Both the position numbers and the translations under genes were made by a program. From Candidatus Micrarchaeota archaeon (GTDB lineage: Archaea; Micrarchaeota; Micrarchaeia; Anstonellales; Bilamarchaeaceae): DNA of 64,000 nucleotides. The notes beneath the pieces were generated by a model. The model saw only the letters and a program-made list of their open reading frames with translations, was not told the DNA's origin and did no database searches. The stretch is from contig JBDRLQ010000001.1 of assembly GCA_043812915.1 (NCBI GenBank), positions 1-64,000 on the forward strand, in the 5' to 3' direction. Positions 47,316 through 57,102 of this stretch are shown here, in pieces. The number at the start of each line of letters is the position of its first letter. Position 1 is the first letter of the stretch.

Positions 47316-50120
47316 GTGTCTAGTAAAAAAGTAAGCGGCACGATAGCGCCGCGCTCCGGCGATCAAACAGGTTCGGCTGCCCCATCTGCAAGGACGCCCG
47401 GTGAAAGGCGCATGCCGACCACTTCTTCAGAGCCGATATCAAAAGGAGCAGCCGCAGCTGCCCTGGCCATACTTGATGCCGTCGGAGAGGCGGTGATGGC
47501 CGTCGACAAAAGATACCTGATTATCTCATGGAACCGGGCTGCCGAGGAAATGTTCGGCTATTCTAGGGAAGAGGCCATCGGGATGTCCCTCACCCGGCTT
47601 ATGCCCCCGGATTTCAGGGCTGAATTCGCACGCGATGTCGGGCCTATGCCTCCTGGCGAATCCATGAGGGTTTTGGGGGAGGATCCCGAAAAGATTGCGC
47701 AGAGGGCCGATGGCAGCCAGTTCTATGTCGAATTATCGGTTTCCGAGAGTGACTGTTTCGGTGGAGATTCGGCATACATAGCGATAATGAGGGATGTTTC
47801 CGCGCGCAAGGAGGCGGAGTCCGCCCTAAAAAGAAGCGAAGAAAAGTACCGGGCGCTCTTTGAGAAATCCCCCGAAGGAATAACCCTTGTCAGCCTTGAT
47901 GGGAAGATTATCGAGTGCAATGGGGAGACCGCAAGAATCGCAGGCTCCACTATCGAAGCGCTTGTCAGCATGAATTTCCTGCATGTGGGCGTGCTCCCTC
48001 CAGAGGGCCTGCCTGGATATCCGGCCCTGTTCCAGAATCTCCTTGCCGGAGAGCGCCTTGAGCCGTTCGTGACGAATGTCGTCCAGGACGGACAGATGAT
48101 GTGGCTGGAGATCTCCCTCTCTGTTGTCGGGGAAGGGAAAGACGCTTCGATACTTGTTATAAGCCGGGATATAACAACCAGGATGGATGCCGAAGACGCC
48201 CTGCGCGAGAGCGAGATGCGCTACCAGCAGTACCTCGACCTGGCTCCCGTGGCCTTTGTCAGCCTTGGCAAGGATGGGCGGATTACTTTCTGCAACCGGA
48301 AGGGCGGCGAACTCCTCCGCTGCAGTCAGGATGGGCTGGCTGGCGAGGATTGGTTCGAAAGCTTTGTTCCTCCAGATGAGCGGGGTGCCGTTCGCGAAGT
48401 GTTCGACCAGCTGATGGCCGGACAGATTGACAGGGCCAGCTATTATGAGAATCATGTCATAGGTCCTGATGGCAGCAGAAAGCTCATCGGATGGCACAAC
48501 GCTGTCATCACTGGAAGTGATGGCCAGCCAGTCGGCACACTGAGCTCTGGCCTTGACCTGACGCCCCTTGCCGAGAGCGAGCGGAAGTTCCGGCTTCTTG
48601 CGGACCAGCTGCCAGTACCTGTTTTCGAGATTTCCAGGGAAGGGGGCTTCACATTCGCAAACAGGGTCGCATTCGAGACCTTCGGCTATCCAAAGGGCGA
48701 TATTGAAGGGCGCACTCTCTTTGACATGCTTGACTCTGCTGACCACCCCAAGGTGCACAGGCGCATGGCCAGCATCCTGCAAGGCAGGGGGACATCGAAC
48801 AATGAGTATACAGCAGTAACCCGGGATGGGCGCAGGTTCCCCGTCGCGATATGGTCGGCGCCTATCCATGAGGGTGATGAAATCGTCGGCGTCCGGGGCA
48901 TCGTTATTGATATGTCCACCCAGAAGAAGCTCGAAATGGAGCAGAGCCGGGCTGCCAAGACATCCGCCCTTGAGCAACTTGCCGGGGGAATCGCGCATGA
49001 TTTCAACAACATCCTTGCAGGCATTGCCGGATACGCGTCCCTTGTGAAATCCACCCCTGGCCTTGATCCAGCAACTAAAGAGGATTGCGAGCAGATTCAG
49101 GTTGGTGTCGATAGGGGCAAAGACCTCACCGGAAGGCTGGCGGCCTTCTCAAGGGAAGAGGCCCCTGAGAAAAAGATTGTCGAAATCGGCAGCCTCCTCC
49201 GCCGCGCAACCAACCATGCCCTTCCAGGCTCTGGAATCAGGCCCACATTCGACATCCCCGAGGGTCTCTGGCAGGTGAATTGCGACACGGGCCAGATATT
49301 CAGGGTGGTCCAAAACCTTGCTATCAATGCGAGCCATGCATTGGAGGCGGGGAACAATTTGAAAACCTTGAAAATCTCGGCACGGAACGTCACTCTTGAG
49401 GACTGCCAGGTCCCTTCCCCAGAGTGGGCGCTCTCCGGAAGCAAGGGCGCATATCTTTCACCCGGCAGGTATGTCGAGATTACGATACAGGACTCGGGCA
49501 TCGGCATCCCGGAGGATAAAATCAGCCACATCTTCGATGCAGGTTTCACCACAAAAGAGACGGGCAAGGGGATGGGGCTGGGCCTATCTACCTCTCTTAG
49601 GATTGTCAGGAACCATGAGGGGGGCATGGTTGTTGAATCGGAGGTGGATGTTGGCACGACTTTCAGGATTTATCTTCCGGCGGCCAGGAACTCCGTGCCA
49701 AGCAGCGAGGCTGATGCGGGCGTTATACGGGGCACAGGAAGGATACTTGTGATGGATGATGAGGAGACTATCCGCAAAGTCTTAAGAAAGCAGCTTGAAG
49801 GCCTTGGGTATGAGGCATTGTCAGTCTCATGCGGTGATGATGCCCTTGCGGAATATGAGAGGGCCCTGAAAGAAGGCAATCCATTTTCGGCGGTGCTTAT
49901 GGACCTTACAATCCTGGGCGGGATGGGAGGCGAAGAAGCCATTCAGTTGCTGCTTGGGATTGATCCTTCTGCGAAAGTGATTGTCTCAAGCGGCTATGCC
50001 ACCAGTTCTGCAATCAGTGATTATCAGGCCCTAGGATTCAAAGGCGCGCTTCAAAAGCCATTCAGGCTCGGGGAGCTGTCCGTCGCATTGCATGAAGTTA
50101 TCAAAGGGAACGGATGCTGA
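47316..50120 (+). CDS. Cytoplasmic hybrid histidine kinase (4 PAS + HisKA + HATPase + REC)
   Basis: Four PAS/PAC units, AGGIAHDFNNIL, NLAINA, DSGIGI, FTTK..GLGL, VMDDE/LMD/QKPF. Start uncertain (47316 GTG or 47412 ATG). Confidence 0.93.
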   Translation: MSSKKVSGTIAPRSGDQTGSAAPSARTPGERRMPTTSSEPISKGAAAAALAILDAVGEAVMAVDKRYLIISWNRAAEEMFGYSREEAIGMSLTRLMPPDFRAEFARDVGPMPPGESMRVLGEDPEKIAQRADGSQFYVELSVSESDCFGGDSAYIAIMRDVSARKEAESALKRSEEKYRALFEKSPEGITLVSLDGKIIECNGETARIAGSTIEALVSMNFLHVGVLPPEGLPGYPALFQNLLAGERLEPFVTNVVQDGQMMWLEISLSVVGEGKDASILVISRDITTRMDAEDALRESEMRYQQYLDLAPVAFVSLGKDGRITFCNRKGGELLRCSQDGLAGEDWFESFVPPDERGAVREVFDQLMAGQIDRASYYENHVIGPDGSRKLIGWHNAVITGSDGQPVGTLSSGLDLTPLAESERKFRLLADQLPVPVFEISREGGFTFANRVAFETFGYPKGDIEGRTLFDMLDSADHPKVHRRMASILQGRGTSNNEYTAVTRDGRRFPVAIWSAPIHEGDEIVGVRGIVIDMSTQKKLEMEQSRAAKTSALEQLAGGIAHDFNNILAGIAGYASLVKSTPGLDPATKEDCEQIQVGVDRGKDLTGRLAAFSREEAPEKKIVEIGSLLRRATNHALPGSGIRPTFDIPEGLWQVNCDTGQIFRVVQNLAINASHALEAGNNLKTLKISARNVTLEDCQVPSPEWALSGSKGAYLSPGRYVEITIQDSGIGIPEDKISHIFDAGFTTKETGKGMGLGLSTSLRIVRNHEGGMVVESEVDVGTTFRIYLPAARNSVPSSEADAGVIRGTGRILVMDDEETIRKVLRKQLEGLGYEALSVSCGDDALAEYERALKEGNPFSAVLMDLTILGGMGGEEAIQLLLGIDPSAKVIVSSGYATSSAISDYQALGFKGALQKPFRLGELSVALHEVIKGNGC

Positions 50121-50123
50121 GAT

Positions 50124-50852
50124 TCACCTCTTTTTCACGTAGCCATGGGCATAGTCTATCATGTCCGATATCAGCAGCATCACGAAAGCGACAACAAGCG
50201 GCACCAGGATGTAGTCCTCGAACCATTCGCGCCCCTGGTTTTTCCTGTGGGCAACACCATCAATGGAGTAGAGCGCAAAGTCCACATGGTCGCTTCTGGC
50301 GACATTCGTCCCGCCATAGGTCTGGACCACGACCTGGTTATCGTCCGGCGCGTAATGCCCATGGATTCCCTGGGGCAGGACCGAATACAGCCCTTCAAAG
50401 GAGTAGTTCTCCCCAAGATTTATCTCGAGGGAGATTTCAGTTTTGTTGAAGAAGTTGAACCTGAAATTCCCATTGGGCAGCATCCTGCCCCCGTCAAACA
50501 CAACCTTCATCTCAGAAGGCGCGGCAAGCACAACTTTGCACACGCTCTCCTCTTCAATCTCAGCGCAGTAGCTCTTGCCTCCTGCAAGCACCTCGAATCT
50601 CTCAGTGCCGTGCATGTAATAAGTGCCTTTCTGCAGGTAGGTTGTCAGTTCATACCTCTGCTTCTGGAAGTCGAAATCCGCGTCAACCCCCCCGAGCTGC
50701 CCTGAGCCCTCAAGATTGAACATGTACGTCCTGAAATGCAGCATCTCGTTCGCTTCCCCCAGGTTCATCGAGAGCAAAATTATCACTGCGGAGAGGACCA
50801 GGAGCGTAATAATCCTGAAATGCTTCTTTAGAACTTTTTTTATTCCGGCCAC
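50124..50852 (-). CDS. Hypothetical protein with N- and C-terminal TM helices
   Basis: Beta-rich extracellular domain. Start uncertain. Confidence 0.65.
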   Translation of the reverse strand: MAGIKKVLKKHFRIITLLVLSAVIILLSMNLGEANEMLHFRTYMFNLEGSGQLGGVDADFDFQKQRYELTTYLQKGTYYMHGTERFEVLAGGKSYCAEIEEESVCKVVLAAPSEMKVVFDGGRMLPNGNFRFNFFNKTEISLEINLGENYSFEGLYSVLPQGIHGHYAPDDNQVVVQTYGGTNVARSDHVDFALYSIDGVAHRKNQGREWFEDYILVPLVVAFVMLLISDMIDYAHGYVKKR

Positions 50853-50947
50853 GCAGGAATAACTCTTACTGAAATAAAAAGCTTTTCTTGGCCCGGGCAA
50901 TGGAATAATGAAAAAAGAAGATTGGAAAAAAATATCAGGAGGGCGGA

Positions 50948-51142
50948 CTATCTGCCCCTCGAATGGATGAACGCTCCTCCGACAAGCAGCACAAGAACTG
51001 CGGCCGGGCCGCAGCAGCAGCTTCCGTAGTCGTCACTATAGTAACCATCGTCATAGTAATAGTCGTCATCGTAGTACTCTGCAAATGCCGGCATCGCGAG
51101 CAGCAATACTGCCATGGCAAGTACCAATAGCGTTTTGTTCAT
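50948..51142 (-). CDS. Tiny secreted Tyr/Asp-rich peptide with a CGP-CTERM-like anchor
   Basis: Signal peptide ending AFA, then EYYDDDYYYDDGYYSDDYGS, CCCGP, TM and SRGR. Confidence 0.8.
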   Translation of the reverse strand: MNKTLLVLAMAVLLLAMPAFAEYYDDDYYYDDGYYSDDYGSCCCGPAAVLVLLVGGAFIHSRGR

Positions 51143-51231
51143 AATATCAATCCTCGTTGGTTTGACTTCTCCAATAACTTTTAAAAAGATGGGCACTACC
51201 GCTTCAGGCGTATGGCGCCCAAGGAAGATGC

Positions 51232-51432
51232 CTAATCCTTGGCACCCATCCCTATGATTGAAAGCGCTGTGCCCATGCCAATCATGCCGGCCCCGCCGAC
51301 CATCATCGCGCTGCTGGGCAGGCCCGGCGGAAGAAGCCCGGAGCCCTCGGGAACAAAAGCGGCCCCCGCCATCGCTCCGCCAGCTCCGATAAGACCGAAT
51401 CCAAGAGATTGTGTGCTTATGAACCCACCCAT
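51232..51432 (-). CDS. Small Gly-rich hydrophobic protein
   Basis: 66 aa with two Gly-zipper-like helices. AGGTGA SD. Confidence 0.6.
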   Translation of the reverse strand: MGGFISTQSLGFGLIGAGGAMAGAAFVPEGSGLLPPGLPSSAMMVGGAGMIGMGTALSIIGMGAKD

Positions 51433-51494
51433 TGTATCACCTGCATGTCCTTATCCTTTGAACGTATATAAAGATTTGTCTGCAATATCTGGGC

Positions 51495-51902
51495 ATGAAA
51501 AATTTCATTATTTCCGGACTTCTCTCTGGATTGGCGATTGCGATAGTGTGGATTCTCTCCAACATCGTCATCGGATTGATTTTTCCATACAGCATCATGG
51601 ACCTTGGGGGCATGAGGCCGATGGAAGACCCTCTTATGGCCGTTTCATTCCTGTACCCATGGGTGCTCGGGTTTGCAATGAGCTACATATTCCCATTCGT
51701 CCGCCCTGAGGGCAAGGATGCACTTCAGAAAGGCCTGTGTTTCGGCGGCCTGATGTGGCTTGTGGCCCTTCTCCCATCGGCGTTTCTGGTGTACACCAGC
51801 ATGGTATACCCCATCGGTTTCACCGTCGAGCAGATGCTCGGAGGGGCGGCCTACATGCTCGCCGGAGGAGTGACAATAGCCATGCTGCGCAGCAAGAAGT
51901 GA
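51495..51902 (+). CDS. Four-TM membrane protein
   Basis: Hydrophobic helices including KGLCFGGLMW. Confidence 0.8.
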   Translation: MKNFIISGLLSGLAIAIVWILSNIVIGLIFPYSIMDLGGMRPMEDPLMAVSFLYPWVLGFAMSYIFPFVRPEGKDALQKGLCFGGLMWLVALLPSAFLVYTSMVYPIGFTVEQMLGGAAYMLAGGVTIAMLRSKK

Positions 51903-51968
51903 CCTGCGCCCTTTTTCATTTTTCCAGAATCGCAACACATATTTAATTGTTCGAGAACTATCCAAGCC

Positions 51969-53624
51969 ATGAGATTCATCTTTTTCGCAATATCGCTTGC
52001 TCTGGTTTTCGGCTGCCTTACTCAGCCTGCGGTCCCATCCGGGGACGAGGAGCCCGATATCATCGTCGGCAATGATGCCGACCCGCATGGCTGCAGGCAA
52101 TCAGCGGGCTATTCCTGGTGTGAATACACTCAGGGGTGCTACCGCCAGTGGGAGGAGAACTGCACTTCCCCTGATGAGCTTTCAGCCGAGGCCGAGCGCC
52201 TCTATGAAGGGCTCTATCTCACCCGCTCGCATGAGCTATATTCGCAGGCACGGAAGGGATACCTGCTTGCCGGAAACAACAAGGCCGCAAGGCAGGCCAT
52301 GTTCCGGATGTTCAGCATCGAGCATATCCTCCTAGAGATGAATCTGGATGAAGGGGAGGCAAAAGCCCTTGTCGCGGGCAATGTCACCAACGCCACAAGC
52401 GCCCAGGTGGATGCCTGGCTAGGTGACCCGAGGACAATCATCTTCAATATAGACGGGGAGCCTGCATATTTCCAGGATGTCGCCAAGGACGTGGCCTTCC
52501 AGAATCCCAACCTCCTGCGGGAGTACGCCAGGAGAACAGGAATCAATGCATTCTACGAGAACCTGGAGCCCGTCGTATTCAATGAGACCCCCCGCAGCTG
52601 CGGCAACTGCTCCTTCCTGGCAATGCCAATCAACTACTCCGGCACGGCCACCCTAAACCTGGAGCGCTCTGAGCTTCCAGAAACCGGCGTGCTGAAGCTC
52701 TGGCTCCCGCTTCCAATAGAAACACCATCACAGAAAGAAGTCGAAATCCTCTCGATTACTCCTGGGGAATACCTTGCCCGGGAGCCCGATACAAATGCGG
52801 ATATCGGCATAGCATATTTCGAGGTTCCGCTTGATTCCCTGGATGGGGACCTGAACATCACAATCATCTTCAGGTACACTGCCTATGAGGTAAGGGGTGC
52901 AGTGGATCCCGGGCGGGTTGGCGAATATGATGTCGAGAGCGAATTATACCAGAGATACACCAGCCCCTCGGCAAATATCGCGCTCACTCCGCAAACCAGG
53001 GAGCTTGCGATGCAGGTTGTCGGGAACGAGATCAATCCCTACCTCAAGGCGCAGAAGCTCTACTGGTTCGTGGTGAACGGCACTACTTATGATTTCATGC
53101 CGCACATAACAATGCATGAGCTTGGAATCCCGGAATCCGAGTATGTTCGGGAGCACAAGATTGGCGACTGTGGAAGCCAGAGCATGTTCTTCGCCGCCCT
53201 CTGCCGCTCTGTCGGGATTCCGGCAAGGGCAATTGGCGGCTACCAGCTCATTACCGGAGCTACCGGCTCGCACTTCTGGGCAGAATTCTACATCCCGGGC
53301 TATGGCTGGCTCCCTGCGGATGTGACGGTGGCGGAAGTTTCCGAATGGTGGTATGGGGTTCCTGAGGACAAGGTTATGCAGTACAAGGCCTTCTATTTCG
53401 GCAACAACGACGCCTTCAGGTTCATCATCCAGAATGATGTTGACATCCCCTTTGCGCCAGAGCCGGAGGAGCGCATCACGTTCCCGATGGTTATCCAGAG
53501 CCCGGCTGCGGTGTGCGAGAGCGCGGACTTCGATATCGGCCTGGTTGTGGCTGAGGAGTTCTCGGTGGAAGTGCTGCCCGAGGAAGAGGGCCCTGATGCA
53601 AACCCGGCCCACAATCCCTGGTGA
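51969..53624 (+). CDS. Transglutaminase-like lipoprotein
   Basis: Lipobox VFGC, Cys module GNDADPHGCRQSAGYSWCE..CYRQWEENC, LWLPLP, triad GDC/HFW/DVT. Confidence 0.88.
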   Translation: MRFIFFAISLALVFGCLTQPAVPSGDEEPDIIVGNDADPHGCRQSAGYSWCEYTQGCYRQWEENCTSPDELSAEAERLYEGLYLTRSHELYSQARKGYLLAGNNKAARQAMFRMFSIEHILLEMNLDEGEAKALVAGNVTNATSAQVDAWLGDPRTIIFNIDGEPAYFQDVAKDVAFQNPNLLREYARRTGINAFYENLEPVVFNETPRSCGNCSFLAMPINYSGTATLNLERSELPETGVLKLWLPLPIETPSQKEVEILSITPGEYLAREPDTNADIGIAYFEVPLDSLDGDLNITIIFRYTAYEVRGAVDPGRVGEYDVESELYQRYTSPSANIALTPQTRELAMQVVGNEINPYLKAQKLYWFVVNGTTYDFMPHITMHELGIPESEYVREHKIGDCGSQSMFFAALCRSVGIPARAIGGYQLITGATGSHFWAEFYIPGYGWLPADVTVAEVSEWWYGVPEDKVMQYKAFYFGNNDAFRFIIQNDVDIPFAPEPEERITFPMVIQSPAAVCESADFDIGLVVAEEFSVEVLPEEEGPDANPAHNPW

Positions 53625-55115
53625 TTACCCTCTTCTGAAGAATAGGAGGGCCGCCAGGGAGAAAATGAGGATTGCGCCAACGCATCCCCCCTCTCCAGCG
53701 GGCGTGTCACCGTAGGTAACCGGAGCGGTCACCTCCCCCCCTTCCTCAAAGCTGAGCATCTCCGCCGAGCTTGCGTAATCAATGCTCTCCCGCGTTGGGC
53801 TCAGGCCCGGATATAGGTAAAGATGCTGGCCGCGGCCCACATCCGCCGAATCCTCAGGCGCCACAATAAGCCCTGATTCCACCGTCCCCTCAAGGACTAT
53901 AAGCGTTTCAGGCTGGCCCTCATTCTCCGGCACAATCACCTTGAATCTCGTTCCCTTGACCAGGTATTCGCCGAGCCTTCCGAAGACAGTGAAATCCTTG
54001 TTAACATCCACTTCAACTGCTCCTTTGTGCAGGTGTATGGCATCCTTGAAGAACTGTATCCTGAAAGGGCCCTTGAGAAGAATGGTCGTCCCGTCGCTGT
54101 AAATGCCGGTGACGCTTCCGGTCCCGGAGACCTCGAAGGTGTCCCCTTCCTTTGCCTTGTACTCATTGAAGCCTTCCACCCAGTCGCTTCCGATAATCTC
54201 CCCGGTCCTCCACAAGGTGACATGCCCTTTCTTGAACAGGAGGTTTATCAGCTTCGGCGACGCATAAACGGTGATTGTGTCAGTCCCAAGCCTCCTGCCC
54301 GCTGAATCATAAGCTGTGGCGGTGATGTAATTCGGCCTGCCCTCATCAATCCTGATTTCATCCAGGCTGAATCTGCCTGAATCTGGATTGAACTGCGCCT
54401 GCTGGGAGAATCCGAGCGTGGTGGTTACCATCAGCCTGCTCACGGCGTATCCTTCCCTGATGGAAACAGAACCTGAAACCGGGTATAGCGCGTATCCAGA
54501 AGACCCTGGATCATAAGTCTGCCCGTCAGCTGGCTCGTCAATGTTGACGCCCAGCGGATCCGCGTCCTCGCAGTTGGTGCCGGCAGAGTTGCATTTCCAC
54601 ACGCACTGACCCTTCGTGTACCCGCATATATAGCCCTCGGAAGTGGTATTGTCCTCCATGCATCTCCCGTCATAATAGAATGTTGGCAGGCTGCTTTCAT
54701 ACCTGCATACGCTAGGGCAGGAAATTCCGTAGCAGGGGCCTTTGGGCTCTTCCTCCTCTTCAGGAGGTTCAGCCGGAGGAGACCCGTCTGAGAATGGTGA
54801 AGGCGAGCCGCTCCAGTACTGCCCGCATTCGTTCATGCAGGTGCCCATGCACCTGGCGATTTTCTCCCTGCTGAATCCGCTTCCCTGCTCCCCTGCATAC
54901 TGCAGGCAGGCGATGTCATCCTGCCCCTTAATCGAGCCGAGGAAAAGCAGCATGCAGCCGGATTGCTGTTGGCATTCATTGACTTTTCCTGGAAGAAGCT
55001 CTGCCAGCAAGCCGCCATTTTCAAAGCAGCAATCGTTCATGCATGCATCAAGGCACTGCGAAAAACCCGAGCCCGAAAGAACAAGGAAAACCAACCCGAT
55101 TGATATGGAGCGCAT
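53625..55115 (-). CDS. Cys-rich surface protein with Ig-like and FecR-like domains and a GC-TM C-terminal anchor
   Basis: Signal peptide, many Cys, VKGTRFKV..VLEGTV (FecR-like), GGCVGAIL..FFRRG. Confidence 0.8.
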   Translation of the reverse strand: MRSISIGLVFLVLSGSGFSQCLDACMNDCCFENGGLLAELLPGKVNECQQQSGCMLLFLGSIKGQDDIACLQYAGEQGSGFSREKIARCMGTCMNECGQYWSGSPSPFSDGSPPAEPPEEEEEPKGPCYGISCPSVCRYESSLPTFYYDGRCMEDNTTSEGYICGYTKGQCVWKCNSAGTNCEDADPLGVNIDEPADGQTYDPGSSGYALYPVSGSVSIREGYAVSRLMVTTTLGFSQQAQFNPDSGRFSLDEIRIDEGRPNYITATAYDSAGRRLGTDTITVYASPKLINLLFKKGHVTLWRTGEIIGSDWVEGFNEYKAKEGDTFEVSGTGSVTGIYSDGTTILLKGPFRIQFFKDAIHLHKGAVEVDVNKDFTVFGRLGEYLVKGTRFKVIVPENEGQPETLIVLEGTVESGLIVAPEDSADVGRGQHLYLYPGLSPTRESIDYASSAEMLSFEEGGEVTAPVTYGDTPAGEGGCVGAILIFSLAALLFFRRG

Positions 55116-55200
55116 GGAATGATTTGGAATATCCGGTTTAATAGCCTTGCGACGAATCAAAAAAGGCTAGCGCTTCATGAAGCGCATGGACCAGCCAAGC

Positions 55201-55797
55201 CTACTGCTCACAGCCTTTCTTGCAATCATCCTCTTCTTCATAGCAGTCCAGGAAGCAGCCGTCCTTCTTCTTTTTAGCCGCGTCCTCGCACCAGTAATGT
55301 TCATCAGATCCAGGAGTATGTGATGCGAGGCAATCTGCCTCCTCGGCTTTCATAGTGTTGTAGCATGCTTCCTTGCATGATGATTCGGTTGCTGCGCAGC
55401 CCTCCCTGCATTTTTTTACTGCGCCGCTGGCTCTCCAGTCCGATATAATATCCTCGATGGCCCTGCCGGTCTGGTCTCCGGTGACTTTGATGATGCAACC
55501 GTATTTTGCAGCTTCATCTGAACTAAAGTCACAGTATTTCAGGCTCCTTTTGTTCGATGCGTATTCCCCCACGCAATGGTTCCTGTCAGCCGCCTGCAGG
55601 CACACTTCAGGGCTTTCCATCTTGCTGGCCACTTCGGCGAAACATTCGTTGACATCTTCCTTTTCCTCAAGCTCATTGCACAGCGCGGGGTTGTTGCTGC
55701 CCACTGCCGCATCTATCTTTTCACTGACTGGGCTTGTGCAGCCATTCAGCAGCAACAACGCAAAAAATATCGATATGATAAGAATCCTGGATTTCAT
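55201..55797 (-). CDS. Cys-rich lipoprotein
   Basis: Lipobox LLNGC, repeated C-x8/9-C helical units and CxxxC motifs. Confidence 0.8.
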   Translation of the reverse strand: MKSRILIISIFFALLLLNGCTSPVSEKIDAAVGSNNPALCNELEEKEDVNECFAEVASKMESPEVCLQAADRNHCVGEYASNKRSLKYCDFSSDEAAKYGCIIKVTGDQTGRAIEDIISDWRASGAVKKCREGCAATESSCKEACYNTMKAEEADCLASHTPGSDEHYWCEDAAKKKKDGCFLDCYEEEDDCKKGCEQ

Positions 55798-55929
55798 AAT
55801 CCAGAATCTGCAATTTGGGTTTTAATCCCTTTCCATCATTCCGGCCCGTGGGCAGGTAGGATTACTAGGTCAGACCGCACATAAGCGAGGTTTTGTGTGT
55901 AGTTGCGCTCGTTAAGCAGTCATTTCGAC

Positions 55930-56904
55930 TCATTTCCATTTTTTGTTTTGTCTTATTATCTCTTTTACCAGAAACAACACAAATGGCTTGTAATTTTCTG
56001 TGTTGCCTGCTGCCTGTGTTTTCATATAACTTGCTCTTTTTCTCAATGGAATATTAGTAAATGGAAGTTTATTTATCTGAAGTATGTAATTCATCAATAA
56101 GCGTGCCATTCGACCATTTCCATCAGCAAAAGGATGAATAGTAGTAAATTTTGTGTGGAATTTTGCTGCAAGCTCTGCAGGATGTGTCAGGTGTTTATTT
56201 TCATTATACCAGGCAATCAATTCTTCCATAAGTCTGGGCACTTCTCTGTGATGCGGAAAAACATGATCTGAGCCACGGATCCTCACATTGACAGGTCTCC
56301 ATACACCACAATATTGTTCATATCCTTCTATTTTTGAAAGTAATGTGCAATGAAACCTCAGAATCATTTCCAAACTCAAATCTTTTTTATGTTTGAACAG
56401 TTTTTCATATATCTCAAGGCATTTGTTTAAGTTGAGCGCTTCCTGTTCTTCCCTACCCATACCTGTGATTATGGCCCCGCGTTTTTGCAATATCTCTATC
56501 CTTTTTTGATCAGCAAGAACACGCTCTGTAAGCCAATAGTCCAGAGTAGAACCTTCAATTGCATTAGAATCAGTGATAAAAGTTATCCTTTCTCTTTCCA
56601 TAAATTCAATTTTTTGTGTAGATGTCAGTGATTTCAAGAACGATACTTTGTTTCTGGTTGCATTTTCTATTTTTGTTGTCATATTCCTTGTCAGAAACTC
56701 TGTGAAGGGCGGAACAATGCCACGGATTCCTTTTTTTGTTAGTCTGCTCCTGAATTTTTCATAGGTGCCTGCTAATCTTTCATTATCTGGAAGCTCTGCT
56801 CCAAGGTAAACGCTTTCTTTAATCCATTTGTTGCCATGTTTCACTGATTCTTCAAGATAATAATATTTCTTTCCCTTTACCCTGCGGGTAGTGATATGTG
56901 ACAT
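55930..56904 (-). CDS. Fic-domain protein
   Basis: Canonical HPFADGNGRMAR, inhibitory-type SNAIEGS, and an N-terminal VKGKKYYYLEES domain. Confidence 0.95.
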   Translation of the reverse strand: MSHITTRRVKGKKYYYLEESVKHGNKWIKESVYLGAELPDNERLAGTYEKFRSRLTKKGIRGIVPPFTEFLTRNMTTKIENATRNKVSFLKSLTSTQKIEFMERERITFITDSNAIEGSTLDYWLTERVLADQKRIEILQKRGAIITGMGREEQEALNLNKCLEIYEKLFKHKKDLSLEMILRFHCTLLSKIEGYEQYCGVWRPVNVRIRGSDHVFPHHREVPRLMEELIAWYNENKHLTHPAELAAKFHTKFTTIHPFADGNGRMARLLMNYILQINKLPFTNIPLRKRASYMKTQAAGNTENYKPFVLFLVKEIIRQNKKWK

Positions 56905-56905
56905 A

Positions 56906-56991
56906 TAGTTATCACTGAAATAAGCTATAAATAATTTTCGGTGATAACTAGTTATCACTGGTTTTATTCTTATCCAAGTTTCAGTTATAAC
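56906..56991. promoter_or_regulatory. Operator array around the fic TATA box
   Basis: Perfect palindrome GTGATAACTAGTTATCAC (56941-56958), with half-sites at 56906-56917 and 56979-56991. Confidence 0.7.
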
Positions 56992-57102
56992 CCAAACCTG
57001 CACGTGTACAAGGTTTTGCTATTGATTGCGCTCTTTGGGCAGGTATTTCAAACCATTATCCAATATGATAATTATAACCTACTTTTCAATCAAACAACAA
57101 AC

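Noticed and set aside
55876..55916. Integron attC site after fic (GTTAAGC plus an imperfect inverted repeat)
   Set aside because: Only about 40 bp, the partner RYYYAAC box is imperfect, and there is no second cassette site or intI. The dif-like/direct-repeat reading fits better.
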